Program-made: the position numbers and the translations under genes | Part shown: positions 19,797-29,381 of the stretch, in pieces | Numbering within the stretch: position 1 is the stretch's first letter | How the letters are laid out: each line of letters opens with the position of its first letter | The notes under the pieces: generated by a model | Databases searched by the model: none | What the model saw: the letters and a program-made list of their open reading frames with translations, nothing else | What the model was told of the DNA's origin: nothing | NCBI GenBank assembly: GCA_945862215.1 | Contig: CAMAXY010000001.1 | Location: 74,564-138,563, forward strand | Direction: 5' to 3' | Length of the DNA: 64,000 nt | From: Singulisphaera sp. GP187 | GTDB taxonomy: Bacteria; Planctomycetota; Phycisphaerae; Phycisphaerales; SM1A02

Positions 19797-20795
19797 ATGA
19801 ACGTGCGTTCCAACGCAATATTTTCTCCTGCAATCGTGGGATATTTCGTATTTGGAATCATTCTGCTTTCGTGCGTTGCGTCATTGCCTTGGACGATGGC
19901 GCGTGTGGAGGTCGCAGGAAATGCGCCCGTGCGCCGATACGAAGCAGGCAATCTTGATCTGTCGCTTCTCGCACCTTCATGGTGGGAAGACTCTCAGCAG
20001 ATTTGCGATCGCATCGAAGTGCAGCGATCGGCGAATGCATATGTGCCATCACGAATTCTTGGAACGGATCGTCTTGGACGGGATGTTTTTGCGCGCTGCT
20101 TGCTTGGCGGTGCGGTGAGTCTTTTGGTGGGAATAAGTGCTGCACTTGTCGCCGTGGGATTTGGAACCGTGTATGGAACAACAAGCGCGGCATGCGGAGG
20201 TCGTCTGGACAACATCATGATGCGCGCAGTGGATGTGATGTATGGATTGCCATCGATGTTGCTTGTCGTCATGTTCGCCGTTGCAGCGGAAGGAATCTTG
20301 GAAAGAGTTGGCATCGAAAGAACGGGAAGTGGTCGTCAGATTTTCGACCTACTCATTCTTCTTCTGGCGATTGGTGCGACGAGTTGGTTGACAGTTGCTC
20401 GTGTGATCCGCGGGCAAGTCCTCAGTTTGCGTGGCCAACTTTTTATGGAAGCATGTCGCGCGGTTGGGGTCGGACCATGGCGTCAATTCCGTTTGCATTA
20501 TTTGCCCAATGTGATTGCGCCGATTGCGGTCTATGCGGCGCTGGCAGTTCCTGCCGCAATATTGGCGGAAAGTTTTCTCAGTTTTCTCGGTATCGGTGTT
20601 CGCGAACCCTTGCCTTCTTGGGGAAATCTTGCTGCCGAAGGACTTTCCGAAGTCAATACGATTCGCAGTCGTTGGTGGTTATTGCTCTGGCCATGTCTGT
20701 CGATCGCATTGACCCTTCTCGCATTGAACTTTGTAGGCGATGCATTGCGGCGAGCTGTCGATCCAGCATCACGAGGTCGATCTGCGACGGCGTGA
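19797..20795 (+). CDS. ABC transporter permease, OppC/DppC-like
   Basis: LGTDRLGRDVFARCL, the BPD-transporter core, and C-terminal LNFVGDALRRAVDP. The start is taken at the ATG at 19797. Confidence 0.8.
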   Translation: MNVRSNAIFSPAIVGYFVFGIILLSCVASLPWTMARVEVAGNAPVRRYEAGNLDLSLLAPSWWEDSQQICDRIEVQRSANAYVPSRILGTDRLGRDVFARCLLGGAVSLLVGISAALVAVGFGTVYGTTSAACGGRLDNIMMRAVDVMYGLPSMLLVVMFAVAAEGILERVGIERTGSGRQIFDLLILLLAIGATSWLTVARVIRGQVLSLRGQLFMEACRAVGVGPWRQFRLHYLPNVIAPIAVYAALAVPAAILAESFLSFLGIGVREPLPSWGNLAAEGLSEVNTIRSRWWLLLWPCLSIALTLLALNFVGDALRRAVDPASRGRSATA

Positions 20796-20811
20796 TAGTC
20801 TTGTATTTCTT

Positions 20812-22746
20812 ATGCAAAACAGATTTGGAATTAAAGATTTCGTCATCGTCTTTCTGTTGCTTTTGATTGTGGCAACCCTCTGGCTCTCGATGATTCAGCG
20901 CGATCGACAGTGGCCTGTACTTCAATCTATCGCAGAGCAAGGGCGTAATCTGGATTCTCGACTTGCGGGAATTGAAGAGAAAATCCGCACTGGCGTGCCG
21001 ATGAGTTCTTCGGCGTCATCGTCAAGCTCTGCTGAGTCTGTTGCAACAACCAAGAGAGATGAATCGTGGGCGCGTGCGGGCATTCCAGTGAAGTGGCAAC
21101 CCGAACCTGCTTTCCCAAACGATCCAGCGAAAGTTCCGGGATATAAAGTGGGTGGCGAGTTTGTTGAAATTTTCGAAGGTCAGCCGAGCAAAGTGACGCC
21201 ATACCTTTATGCAGATGTCTATGGAAGTCGTGTGGTTGATCGTGTCAGCGAATCTCTTGGATCGTTTGATCCTAAGACAATGAAATTGGTCGGTGTCTTG
21301 GCGGATGCGTGGCAAATTGACCCCGATGGCAAGTGGATTCGTGCGCATATCAATCCGCGCGCAACATTCAGCGACCGCACGCCAGTGACGGCGGAAGATG
21401 TGCGCTGGACATACATCGATTTCATTATGAATCCGTTGATTGATGCAGATCGCACGCGCTCGACATTGATCGACATTTTTGACGGCGTGGAAGTCATCGA
21501 CAACTTGACGGTTGAGATTCGTTTTAAGGATTCGCTGTTCACAAATATCTTGACAGCGCTTGGCGAACCAATTTTGCCAAAGAAGTACTACGCACAGTTT
21601 GAGCCTGCGCAGATCAATCAATCGACAGGGCTCTTGATGGGATCTGGGCCATTCATGATGGAGCGCGTTCCATCGAGTGCTCAAGATCTTTCGAGTCAGT
21701 GGACGCCCGGGCAAGACATTGTCCTTGTACGCAATCCAAACTGGTGGTACGGCCGCGCTCCACTCGAGCGTCAGCGCTTTCGTGTTATCAAGGATGATCT
21801 TGCGCGCTTGGTTGCATTCCAAAACAACGAGGCATCACTTGTGTTGCCGACATCGCCACAGTTCAACACCGTTCTTCGTGATAATCCAGAATTTGAGAAG
21901 ACCAACTATGCGTTGAAGTGGGTCAATATGCGAAGTGGATATTCGTTCATTGCATGGCAGTGCGGACCTCGTGGAGAAACTGGTCGCAAGACGCCATTTC
22001 AGGATGTCCGAGTTCGTCGTGCGATGACGTTGCTCTTAGACCGCGAAAAAATGATTCGCGATATTTGGGATGGGATCGGAACGGTTGCCAAAGGACCGTT
22101 CAATCCTGAAAGTCCTGCATCCGATCCTTCGCTTTCTCCGATGCCATTTGATCCAGATGCTGCGATGAAGTTGCTGAAGGAAGCGGGCTGGGAAGATCGC
22201 AATAAAGACGGAATCTTGGAAGATGCGCAAGGTGAAAAGTTTCAGTTTGAATACACATACGCCACTGGCGGCGAAATTGGCGAGCGCATCGCGCGATTTA
22301 CAGGCGATTCATTTAAGAAGGCTGGGATCGTGATGACAACGCGGCCGATTGATTGGAGTCGATATCAGGACATTATTAAATCGCGGGACTTTGATGCGAT
22401 CACGATGGCATGGAGCGCATCGGCACCCGAGAGCGATCCAAAGCAAATCTATCACTCTGAAAGTATGGCCAAGGGGAGGGACAATTTCACGCAGTGGTCC
22501 AGTCCTGCCGCAGATAAGTTGATCGAGCAAGGTCGACGCACCATGGACGAGCAAACGCGCATGCTTGTCTGGCATGAACTGGAATCAGTCATCGCGCAGG
22601 AGCAGCCTTACACATTCATTCGTGTTTCGCCTTGGTTGCGATTCGTGAAGCGAGACTTTGGAAATGTGCGCATGTACAAGACCGGTCTTTCGCCCGAAGA
22701 ATTCTTTTTCTCTGGAACTTCCTCGCAGGCAAAACCTGCAAACTAG
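20812..22746 (+). CDS. ABC transporter substrate-binding protein, family 5 (peptide/nickel type), N-terminally membrane-anchored
   Basis: An N-terminal TM helix (FVIVFLLLLIVATLWL) is followed by family-5 SBP sequence (FSDRTPVTAEDVRWTY.., WVNMRSGYSFIAWQ, RRAMTLLLDREKM, FDAITMAWS). Confidence 0.8.
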   Translation: MQNRFGIKDFVIVFLLLLIVATLWLSMIQRDRQWPVLQSIAEQGRNLDSRLAGIEEKIRTGVPMSSSASSSSSAESVATTKRDESWARAGIPVKWQPEPAFPNDPAKVPGYKVGGEFVEIFEGQPSKVTPYLYADVYGSRVVDRVSESLGSFDPKTMKLVGVLADAWQIDPDGKWIRAHINPRATFSDRTPVTAEDVRWTYIDFIMNPLIDADRTRSTLIDIFDGVEVIDNLTVEIRFKDSLFTNILTALGEPILPKKYYAQFEPAQINQSTGLLMGSGPFMMERVPSSAQDLSSQWTPGQDIVLVRNPNWWYGRAPLERQRFRVIKDDLARLVAFQNNEASLVLPTSPQFNTVLRDNPEFEKTNYALKWVNMRSGYSFIAWQCGPRGETGRKTPFQDVRVRRAMTLLLDREKMIRDIWDGIGTVAKGPFNPESPASDPSLSPMPFDPDAAMKLLKEAGWEDRNKDGILEDAQGEKFQFEYTYATGGEIGERIARFTGDSFKKAGIVMTTRPIDWSRYQDIIKSRDFDAITMAWSASAPESDPKQIYHSESMAKGRDNFTQWSSPAADKLIEQGRRTMDEQTRMLVWHELESVIAQEQPYTFIRVSPWLRFVKRDFGNVRMYKTGLSPEEFFFSGTSSQAKPAN

Positions 22747-22758
22747 TTGCAAACACCG

Positions 22759-24297
22759 ATGCTTCCGTACATCAGCCGTCGACTGCTCTTGATGATTCCC
22801 ACACTGATTGGGATGACCTTTATGGTTTATAGCTTGATCGCGCTTTCTCCAGGTGGCTTCAGCGCAAGCGCATCTGCTGCAGCAGGAGGTGGAAGTCCAA
22901 CTGGTGGAGATCCGCGAATCGCAGAGGCGAGATTTCGAGATCGCTTCGGTCTTGATGAACCTCTCTTGACGCAATATCTGCAGTGGCTTGGTCGCGTTTC
23001 TCCTGTGAAGTTTGGCGAACGCGCTCAGATCGACTCGACCGGCGAACGCATTTATCCGCCTGCGCAACCTCCACAGATGATTGAATTCGAAGCGTGGGTC
23101 GATCGAGAGCAAGCGAAGTCCGCAGCAACGATTGCCACAGCAGCGTTCACTGCGGCGCCGAGTGGCGATGAGGCTCGTTCGCAATACCGCGCATTCGCAC
23201 GAGAAAATCGCGCAAGTCGTGAGGCATTTGTTACATCGCTTGCAACTCTTCGGATCGCTCTCGCACAGTATGCAGAGGCAACGGGGCAAGGATCGCTGGT
23301 TGATGCACGTGGCGAAGTGCAAGCAGGTTCAGCAGCATCTCTGCGAATCGATAAAAATATTCCACAGTGGGCGGCGGTGCAGGCTGCAGCGGATGCTGCA
23401 TTCGCTGATAGTGTGAAAGCCGCGAGTTCGCGTGCGTCGCTGCTTGCATGTTTTCAAAGCGCGCCTTTCGCGCAAGCTGGCATCCCTTTGATTCCGAGCG
23501 TCATTTCAATCGGTGCGCCAGATTTGGGATGGAGTCGAACGAAGAATCGTCCAGTGATCAGCTTGATTCTGGAAGCGCTGCCGATCACGATGCTGATCAA
23601 TCTCATTGCATTCCCGCTGATCTATCTTGTCGCGATTCCGACTGGAATGCTGGCAGCAGCACGGCGAGGATCGTGGTTCGATGTGCTCAGCGGGGGACTC
23701 TTCATCGCACTCTGGTCAATCCCTGTGGTGTGGGCTGGTGTGCTGGCAATTGGATTTCTTGCGAACAATCAATACTTGGGATTGTTTCCTGTGGCGGGCT
23801 TGAGTGCAACCGATGCATCGACGATGAGTTTTCTGCCGCATATGGGAGCAAATGGTTTCGAGCGCGGATGGCTGCTTGATATGGGTTGGCACTTAGTGCT
23901 TCCGGTCGTCTGCTTGGTCTATGCGGGATTCGCAGTGCTTTCGCGGCAAACACGCGCGGCGATGTTGGACAATTTCAATGCGGATTATGTGCGAACTGCC
24001 AAGGCGAAGGGTGTTTCTCGTCGCGACATCGTGATGCGTCATGTCTTTCGCAATTCGCTCTTGCCGTTGATCACTATGTTTGTATCGATTTTTCCTTCGA
24101 TGCTTTCGGGGAGCGTGATCGTCGAAAAGATTTTCTCAATTCCTGGCATGGGATCGCTGATGTTGGAAGCGATTGGCTTGCATGACTCTGAAATCATGTT
24201 GGCCAATACGGTCATGATTGGTTGCGTCACGCTTGCCGCGCTTCTTCTCGCTGACATTTTGTATGCCGTCGCAGATCCGCGGGTGTCCTATGCATAA
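22759..24297 (+). CDS. ABC transporter permease, OppB/DppB-like with very large extracytoplasmic insertion
   Basis: MLPYISRRLLLMIPTLIGMTFMVYSLI N-terminus and C-terminal core (DYVRTAKAKGVSRRDIVMRHVFRNSLLPLIT). About 200 extra residues lie between TM1 and the next TM. Confidence 0.8.
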   Translation: MLPYISRRLLLMIPTLIGMTFMVYSLIALSPGGFSASASAAAGGGSPTGGDPRIAEARFRDRFGLDEPLLTQYLQWLGRVSPVKFGERAQIDSTGERIYPPAQPPQMIEFEAWVDREQAKSAATIATAAFTAAPSGDEARSQYRAFARENRASREAFVTSLATLRIALAQYAEATGQGSLVDARGEVQAGSAASLRIDKNIPQWAAVQAAADAAFADSVKAASSRASLLACFQSAPFAQAGIPLIPSVISIGAPDLGWSRTKNRPVISLILEALPITMLINLIAFPLIYLVAIPTGMLAAARRGSWFDVLSGGLFIALWSIPVVWAGVLAIGFLANNQYLGLFPVAGLSATDASTMSFLPHMGANGFERGWLLDMGWHLVLPVVCLVYAGFAVLSRQTRAAMLDNFNADYVRTAKAKGVSRRDIVMRHVFRNSLLPLITMFVSIFPSMLSGSVIVEKIFSIPGMGSLMLEAIGLHDSEIMLANTVMIGCVTLAALLLADILYAVADPRVSYA

Positions 24298-25942
24298 CGA
24301 ACCTTCGGCAATTTCTGGAGTCGAAGCAATGCGTGGCCTCGGCACGAGCGAGGCTCGTGGATTCTGGGCAGATGCATGGTCGCGCGTTTTGCGAAATCGC
24401 TCTGCGATTATTGCAATCGGATGGATCGGACTTGTTGCGCTTGGCGCAATCTTCGCACCGATTCTTGCAAATTCAAATCCTCTTTGGTTGGGTGAAGTTG
24501 GCCCAAATGGTGAAATCATCTCATGGCGTTCGCCCCTGTGGAATAGTTTGACTGCCACCGATCTCCTGCTGCTCTTTGGATCATTCGCGTCAACCATCTG
24601 GATGATCCTGCCGATGAAGATGCCCCGAGGAGAACGACTTGGCGTTGTCGCAGTCATCGCGGTCTTCTGGATGTTGAGTGTTGTTTTGGTGACCGTCGCA
24701 GCACATTGGTTGGATGAACCAAGTCGTGTTGGTTTGTTTGGAAAGTTAGGCGAGTGGGTTTCCGATCCGCAGTTTGTAATGCGCCGAATCATTCTTGTCG
24801 CAGGGATGGCTTTGCCGATTGCTTTTGCGTTTCTTGCGATTCCATTTCTGATCGCGTTGCGTGGCAGAATTATTGTGATTGCAATCGCACTCGCAGCGGT
24901 TTCGCTTGCAGCAGGAAGTCGTTGGCAAGAAAGTCCAGTCGATTTCGACCGCTATGTTGTGGATGAAGCGGCTGGTCGAATTCGTTGTGTCTATACATTT
25001 ATTCCGTGGAGTCCCGATCGACTGCGCAGTGAATTGATCGTGGTCCCGCCGATGAATACTGTTGCGCAAGCGGTTGCTGCAAAGGATGCAGCATCAGTAC
25101 GCGAGTCTCAGCGATTTGCAAACGCAGTTGTTTCCGCAAACAGGGAAGGCAACGATGATGTTGCTCGACGAGCGCAGGAGGATCTTGGACAAGTCGCAAA
25201 CCAGCGTGCATCGCTGCAACGAGAATGGAAGCCTCTCTTGACAAGTCCATTTGCTGCACACAAGTTTCTACTTGGGACAGATTCCAATGGCGCTGATGTG
25301 TTGGCGCAAATGTTGTGGGCTTGTCGATTGTCGATTTCTGTTGGATTTGTCTCGACGGGGATCGCAGTGCTGATCGGTGTGACCATTGGATCGATCATGG
25401 GATATTTCGGTGGCAAGATTGATCTTCTGCTCTTCAGAGTGGTTGAAATTTTTATGGCCGTCCCCGTGCTCTTTCTGTTGATTGTTGCTGCGGGCGTTCT
25501 TCCAAGAAACACATATGTGATGATGGCAATCATTGGATGTCTGTCGTGGACGGGCGCAGCGAGATTCACCCGCGCGGAATTTATGAAACTTCGCAATCAA
25601 GATTTTGTACAAGGCGCGCGGGCTTCAGGTTTGCCGCTGCGCTCGGTGCTTTTCCGACACATGCTTCCAAATGGCGTGACGCCAGTGCTCGTCGATGCAA
25701 GTTTCGCTATCGCAGGTGCGATCATTGCAGAGGCGACGCTTTCATATCTTGGACTTGGTCCAGACAATCAAGCTTCATGGGGCAAACTGCTTTCAAGTGC
25801 GACGGGAATGACCGGAACTTTTGTGTGGTGGCTGGCAATTTTCCCGGGCGCAGCGATCTTCTTCTCGGTGCTTGCATACAACGTGCTCGGCGGTGCGCTT
25901 CGTGACGCAATCGATCCTAAACTGCGCAAGGCGGCACATTGA
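24290..25942 (+). CDS. ABC transporter permease, OppC/DppC-like with extended N-terminal multi-TM/soluble region
   Basis: The C-terminal half is a normal OppC core ([17 protein letters not shown].., [38 protein letters not shown]). The N-terminal ~300 aa add extra TM helices and a charged segment. The start is taken at the ATG at 24290. Confidence 0.75.
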   Translation: MHNEPSAISGVEAMRGLGTSEARGFWADAWSRVLRNRSAIIAIGWIGLVALGAIFAPILANSNPLWLGEVGPNGEIISWRSPLWNSLTATDLLLLFGSFASTIWMILPMKMPRGERLGVVAVIAVFWMLSVVLVTVAAHWLDEPSRVGLFGKLGEWVSDPQFVMRRIILVAGMALPIAFAFLAIPFLIALRGRIIVIAIALAAVSLAAGSRWQESPVDFDRYVVDEAAGRIRCVYTFIPWSPDRLRSELIVVPPMNTVAQAVAAKDAASVRESQRFANAVVSANREGNDDVARRAQEDLGQVANQRASLQREWKPLLTSPFAAHKFLLGTDSNGADVLAQMLWACRLSISVGFVSTGIAVLIGVTIGSIMGYFGGKIDLLLFRVVEIFMAVPVLFLLIVAAGVLPRNTYVMMAIIGCLSWTGAARFTRAEFMKLRNQDFVQGARASGLPLRSVLFRHMLPNGVTPVLVDASFAIAGAIIAEATLSYLGLGPDNQASWGKLLSSATGMTGTFVWWLAIFPGAAIFFSVLAYNVLGGALRDAIDPKLRKAAH

Positions 25943-27180
25943 TGAATACTTACGGATCGACATCTCCATCCTTGGAAGTTTCCAAGCCATTGTTGCAGGT
26001 GGCAGATCTTGCCGTCTCTTTCGACAATGCTGGTGGAGGACCTCGCATTCAAGCTGTCGCAGGTTTAAGTTTGACGATTCATCCTCGACAAACTCTTGCG
26101 GTTGTGGGCGAGTCTGGTTGTGGCAAGAGTGTGACTGCGATGACGACGATGCAGTTGGTTCCGTGTCCTCCAGGCCGAGTTGATGGCGGAACGATTCTCT
26201 TTGGTGGACGCGATCTGCTGACGCTTTCTGAGCGCGAAATGTTGAAAATTCGTGGCGGTGAGATCGCGATGATTTTTCAAGAGCCGATGACTAGCTTGAA
26301 TCCTGTTTACACAATTGGCGATCAAATTCTTGAGGCGATTCTGCTGCATCAGAAGGCAACTCCAGACGAAGCGGTCGAAGCTGCGCTGCGCGCACTGGAT
26401 GAAGTTGGGATGTACACGCCTGTTGAAGGTCGTCTGCGCCGTGAACTCGCAGCACTAAAGGCGGAAGTTGAAGCGAAACATCGTCCGCTGGCAGAACTCC
26501 TAGCTGCAGAAGGTTCGCTTCCAAATCGTCTGCGGACTGCGCGAATGCAATTACTTTCTGACTATCCCCATCGATACTCTGGAGGAATGCGTCAGCGCGT
26601 GATGATCGCGATGGCACTTGCTTGCAAGCCAAAACTTTTGCTTGCGGACGAGCCCACGACTGCCCTCGATGTCACTATTCAAGCGCAGATTTTGGAATTA
26701 CTCGCTGAAATTCAGCGCAAACAGGGGATGGGCGTAATGTTGATCACGCACAATCTTGGTGTTGTCGCTGAAAACGCAGATGTAGTTTGCGTGATGTATG
26801 CAGGCCGTGTGGTTGAATACGCTCGAGTCGAAGATCTCTTCGCAAATCCGCTGCATCCATACACGCGTGGATTGTTCAAGTCGATTCCTGGATTGCGTGA
26901 TCTTCGCACACGACTGACAACTGTCGAAGATGTGGTCGATGATCCTGCGGAGTTCAAGAAGTTGGCGGGATATGAACAAGGGATCATTCCTTGGTGGCCG
27001 TTTATGCCAAAGGAAAATCGCCCGACGCTTGCACCTGGTCGCGATCCATATGCGCTTCACGAAATCGAACCTGATCGTTGGGTTGGTTGCTGGCGAACGC
27101 CACACATTGAAGCCTATACTTCGCGAAGAGCAGATTTAGATTATCGCCGCAAAGTTGTAGGCGCAGGAGTTTCCGTATAA
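25942..27180 (+). CDS. ABC transporter ATP-binding protein, OppD/DppD-like with C-terminal oligopeptide-type domain
   Basis: Walker A GESGCGKS, signature SGGMRQR, Walker [13 protein letters not shown], and C-terminal HPYTRGL. There is an insertion of roughly 40 aa predicted coiled-coil before the signature motif. Confidence 0.85.
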   Translation: MNTYGSTSPSLEVSKPLLQVADLAVSFDNAGGGPRIQAVAGLSLTIHPRQTLAVVGESGCGKSVTAMTTMQLVPCPPGRVDGGTILFGGRDLLTLSEREMLKIRGGEIAMIFQEPMTSLNPVYTIGDQILEAILLHQKATPDEAVEAALRALDEVGMYTPVEGRLRRELAALKAEVEAKHRPLAELLAAEGSLPNRLRTARMQLLSDYPHRYSGGMRQRVMIAMALACKPKLLLADEPTTALDVTIQAQILELLAEIQRKQGMGVMLITHNLGVVAENADVVCVMYAGRVVEYARVEDLFANPLHPYTRGLFKSIPGLRDLRTRLTTVEDVVDDPAEFKKLAGYEQGIIPWWPFMPKENRPTLAPGRDPYALHEIEPDRWVGCWRTPHIEAYTSRRADLDYRRKVVGAGVSV

Positions 27181-27199
27181 AGAAGGTGGTCAGAAAACT

Positions 27200-27832
27200 A
27201 TGAGTACAAAAACTATTGTCAAGAAAACTGTCGCCAAGAAACCTGCTGACAATAAAACTGCGGTCAAGAAAACTGTAGCCAACAAAACTGCTGTCAAGAA
27301 AACTGCAGTCAAGAAAGCTGCGGTCAAGAAAACGAGCGTGTCTTCTGGCGCGCTCATCGAACCCAAAAAACTTGCGCCGAACTTCACGCTTGTCGACGGC
27401 GCTGGCGTTTCGCATTCACTCGCGGATTATGCGGGAAGCGCAGTGATTTTATATTTCTATCCTCGTGACAACACTCCAGGCTGCACGCAAGAAGCGTGTC
27501 AATTTCGCGACTTGCATGCCGCCGTCAGGAAGCGCAATGGTGTGGTGCTTGGGATCTCTCCTGATTCGCAGTCGAGCCACGCATCATTTGCAAAGAAGTT
27601 CAAACTTCCTTTCGTTCTACTCGTTGACGAACCTGCAGCAAGCGGCACGCCTGCCGTGAGCAATGCATATGGCGTGTGGCAAGAGAAATCGATGTATGGC
27701 AAGTCGTATATGGGCATCGTCCGAACGACATATCTCATTGGTGCTGATCGCAAAGTTGTGAAGCGGTGGGATAAAGTTTCTGTCACCGATCATGGTGCGG
27801 AAGTGCTTGCGGCACTTGGCGAAATTGGTTGA
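27200..27832 (+). CDS. bcp: thioredoxin-dependent peroxiredoxin Bcp with N-terminal lysine-rich repeat tail
   Basis: The core APNFTLVDGAGVSHSLADYAGSAVILYFYPRDNTPGCTQEACQFRD is classic Bcp/PrxQ. The first ~50 aa are KT(A/V)(A/V)K pentapeptide repeats. Confidence 0.85.
   Translation: MSTKTIVKKTVAKKPADNKTAVKKTVANKTAVKKTAVKKAAVKKTSVSSGALIEPKKLAPNFTLVDGAGVSHSLADYAGSAVILYFYPRDNTPGCTQEACQFRDLHAAVRKRNGVVLGISPDSQSSHASFAKKFKLPFVLLVDEPAASGTPAVSNAYGVWQEKSMYGKSYMGIVRTTYLIGADRKVVKRWDKVSVTDHGAEVLAALGEIG
27215..27340 (+). repeat. 15-nt coding tandem repeat (K-T-A-V-K units) inside bcp 5' end
   Basis: Reiterated ...AAAACTGC(N)GTCAAGAAA... units are visible in the nucleotide sequence. The antisense frame gives the FLTAV-repeat shadow ORF 27190-27387. 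Confidence 0.6.
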
Positions 27833-28158
27833 GTCGGATTCTTATTCGTATTATTCACATAATTGGCAAGGTCTGCAATCGCCAATCCCACCGCGACCAG
27901 AATGACTGCCAGCAATATCCCCGCGATTGCCAGTCGCATTCGCCACGATCTTTTGCGCGCGCGCTTGAGTTTTTCAATCCACTCTTCGGTCCACAAAGTG
28001 CCACACTCTGGGCATTGCAATTGTTCTGCAGCAAGAAAGTGTCCGCATCGTCCGCACGCGACAGCAGGGGCTTTTGCCAATTCTCTGATCTTCATCGCTG
28101 AGACGGCAAGCCATGCAACGATGGCAAGTATCAAGAGTCCAATGACGGGGCAGATCAT
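27790..28158 (-). CDS. small membrane protein with zinc-ribbon (CxxC...CxxC) between two TM helices
   Basis: CGRCGHF..CPECG flanked by hydrophobic helices. Its 3' end overlaps the bcp 3' end (convergent, ~43 nt). No known family assigned. Confidence 0.45.
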   Translation of the reverse strand: MICPVIGLLILAIVAWLAVSAMKIRELAKAPAVACGRCGHFLAAEQLQCPECGTLWTEEWIEKLKRARKRSWRMRLAIAGILLAVILVAVGLAIADLANYVNNTNKNPTQPISPSAASTSAP

Positions 28159-28188
28159 GAAGTAGAGGATACGAAAGATGAGAATGGG

Positions 28189-28668
28189 GTGGATCTCTAC
28201 ACTGCAACTATGCAGGAAATCGAAATCAATTTTCGCAGGCTTTCACCACTTGCAATACTGCCGGTGTATCAAAGCGAATTTGCCGCTGGCATGGATCTTC
28301 ACGCGGCGATTGAAGTGACAGTGACGATCGAGCCTGGCGCGATTGCAATGATTCCATGTGGATTTGCAATTGAAATTCCGCCAGGATATGAAGGCCAAGT
28401 TCGTCCACGCAGTGGCTTGGCGTGCAAGCATGGGGTTTCGATTCCCAATTCGCCTGGAACGGTTGATGCTGATTATCGAGGCGAGTTGAAAGTTGCGTTG
28501 ATCAACCTTGGGCGTACGGCATTCACGGTCGAACCTTCAATGCGAATCGCACAACTGGTCATCGCGCCGGTTCTCCGCGCAAATCTGCGTGAAACGACTC
28601 AGTTGAGTGACACAGCTCGTGGTTCTGGTGGATTTGGTTCAACAGGCGTTGGTTCGACAGGCAGTTGA
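28189..28668 (+). CDS. dut: dUTP diphosphatase
   Basis: [28 protein letters not shown] and C-terminal [10 protein letters not shown] motifs. Confidence 0.9.
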   Translation: MDLYTATMQEIEINFRRLSPLAILPVYQSEFAAGMDLHAAIEVTVTIEPGAIAMIPCGFAIEIPPGYEGQVRPRSGLACKHGVSIPNSPGTVDADYRGELKVALINLGRTAFTVEPSMRIAQLVIAPVLRANLRETTQLSDTARGSGGFGSTGVGSTGS

Positions 28669-28688
28669 AGAGTAAAAAATTTTCAGGC

Positions 28689-29369
28689 CTATTCAGTTCT
28701 CATCGCAGCGAAATCAAAGGCAACGCACTCGCGGCTGAAAAATGGTTCGCCAGATTCGGTGCCGATACGGCTCCCAAAATAAATTCCGGCAGCATCAAGC
28801 CACTCTGGAACTTTGCGATTCTTTTCATTTGCAATGAACTGACTTGCGTATGCCAACACTGCTCGACGTTTCGTCTGCGCAAATCCAGTCGTATCAGCGA
28901 TGATCGATGGTTGGGGAACGCTTCTCAAGTGAATTGAATAAAAGTGAAAGAGGTGCGGCGCATGCCAAGGATCTCCAGGCAGATCGCATTTGGTGAACTT
29001 CGCAGCAAATCGAGCGGCTTCGATCACTGCGCACGCAGCAACATGATCTGGATGAGCATCTTCAGGATGCGGAGCGAAAAGTACATGTGGCTTGAGCATG
29101 CGAATCGCACCAGCAACGATGGCACGTGACGCGAGGTCGTTGACGACTTCTCGGTTGGTGAGTGGCAACTGCAAACGAGTCGCACCCAAGATCTTCGCTG
29201 CAGCCGCAGCTTCTTGCGAACGAATTTCTGGCGAGCCAAATGGCGTTGGTTCGCCAGTCGTCATATCGACAAGGGTGACTTGATGTCCCGCGGCAGCAAG
29301 GCGAGCAATCGTCCCGCCCATGCCGAGTTCTTGATCATCTGGATGTGGGCCAAAGACTGCAATGCGCAT
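28689..29369 (-). CDS. PIG-L/LmbE family N-acetylglucosaminyl deacetylase (BshB/MshB-like)
   Basis: MRIAVFGPHPDDQELGMGGTIARL and HPDH motifs of the PIG-L family. Confidence 0.8.
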   Translation of the reverse strand: MRIAVFGPHPDDQELGMGGTIARLAAAGHQVTLVDMTTGEPTPFGSPEIRSQEAAAAAKILGATRLQLPLTNREVVNDLASRAIVAGAIRMLKPHVLFAPHPEDAHPDHVAACAVIEAARFAAKFTKCDLPGDPWHAPHLFHFYSIHLRSVPQPSIIADTTGFAQTKRRAVLAYASQFIANEKNRKVPEWLDAAGIYFGSRIGTESGEPFFSRECVAFDFAAMRTE

Positions 29370-29381
29370 CGTGCCACTCTA

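Noticed and set aside
19979-20866. 295-aa ORF in an alternative frame of the OppC-like permease gene
   Set aside because: It has Cys/Arg/Trp-rich nonsense-like composition and is nested entirely in a gene with clear family motifs. This is a typical shadow ORF.
21022-21822. 266-aa antisense ORF inside the substrate-binding protein gene. Similar long antisense or alternative-frame ORFs lie at 22585-23322, 24136-24792, 42891-43637, 45226-45867, 46092-46835 and 58191-58862.
   Set aside because: All lie opposite or out of frame to genes with strong family signatures. They have Arg/Cys/His-rich composition and no motifs, starts with Shine-Dalgarno sequences, or independent intergenic context.
27190-27387. 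65-aa FLTAV-repeat ORF antisense to the bcp 5' end
   Set aside because: It is the mirror image of the lysine-codon tandem repeat (AAG/AAA read as CTT/TTT). It has no independent support.
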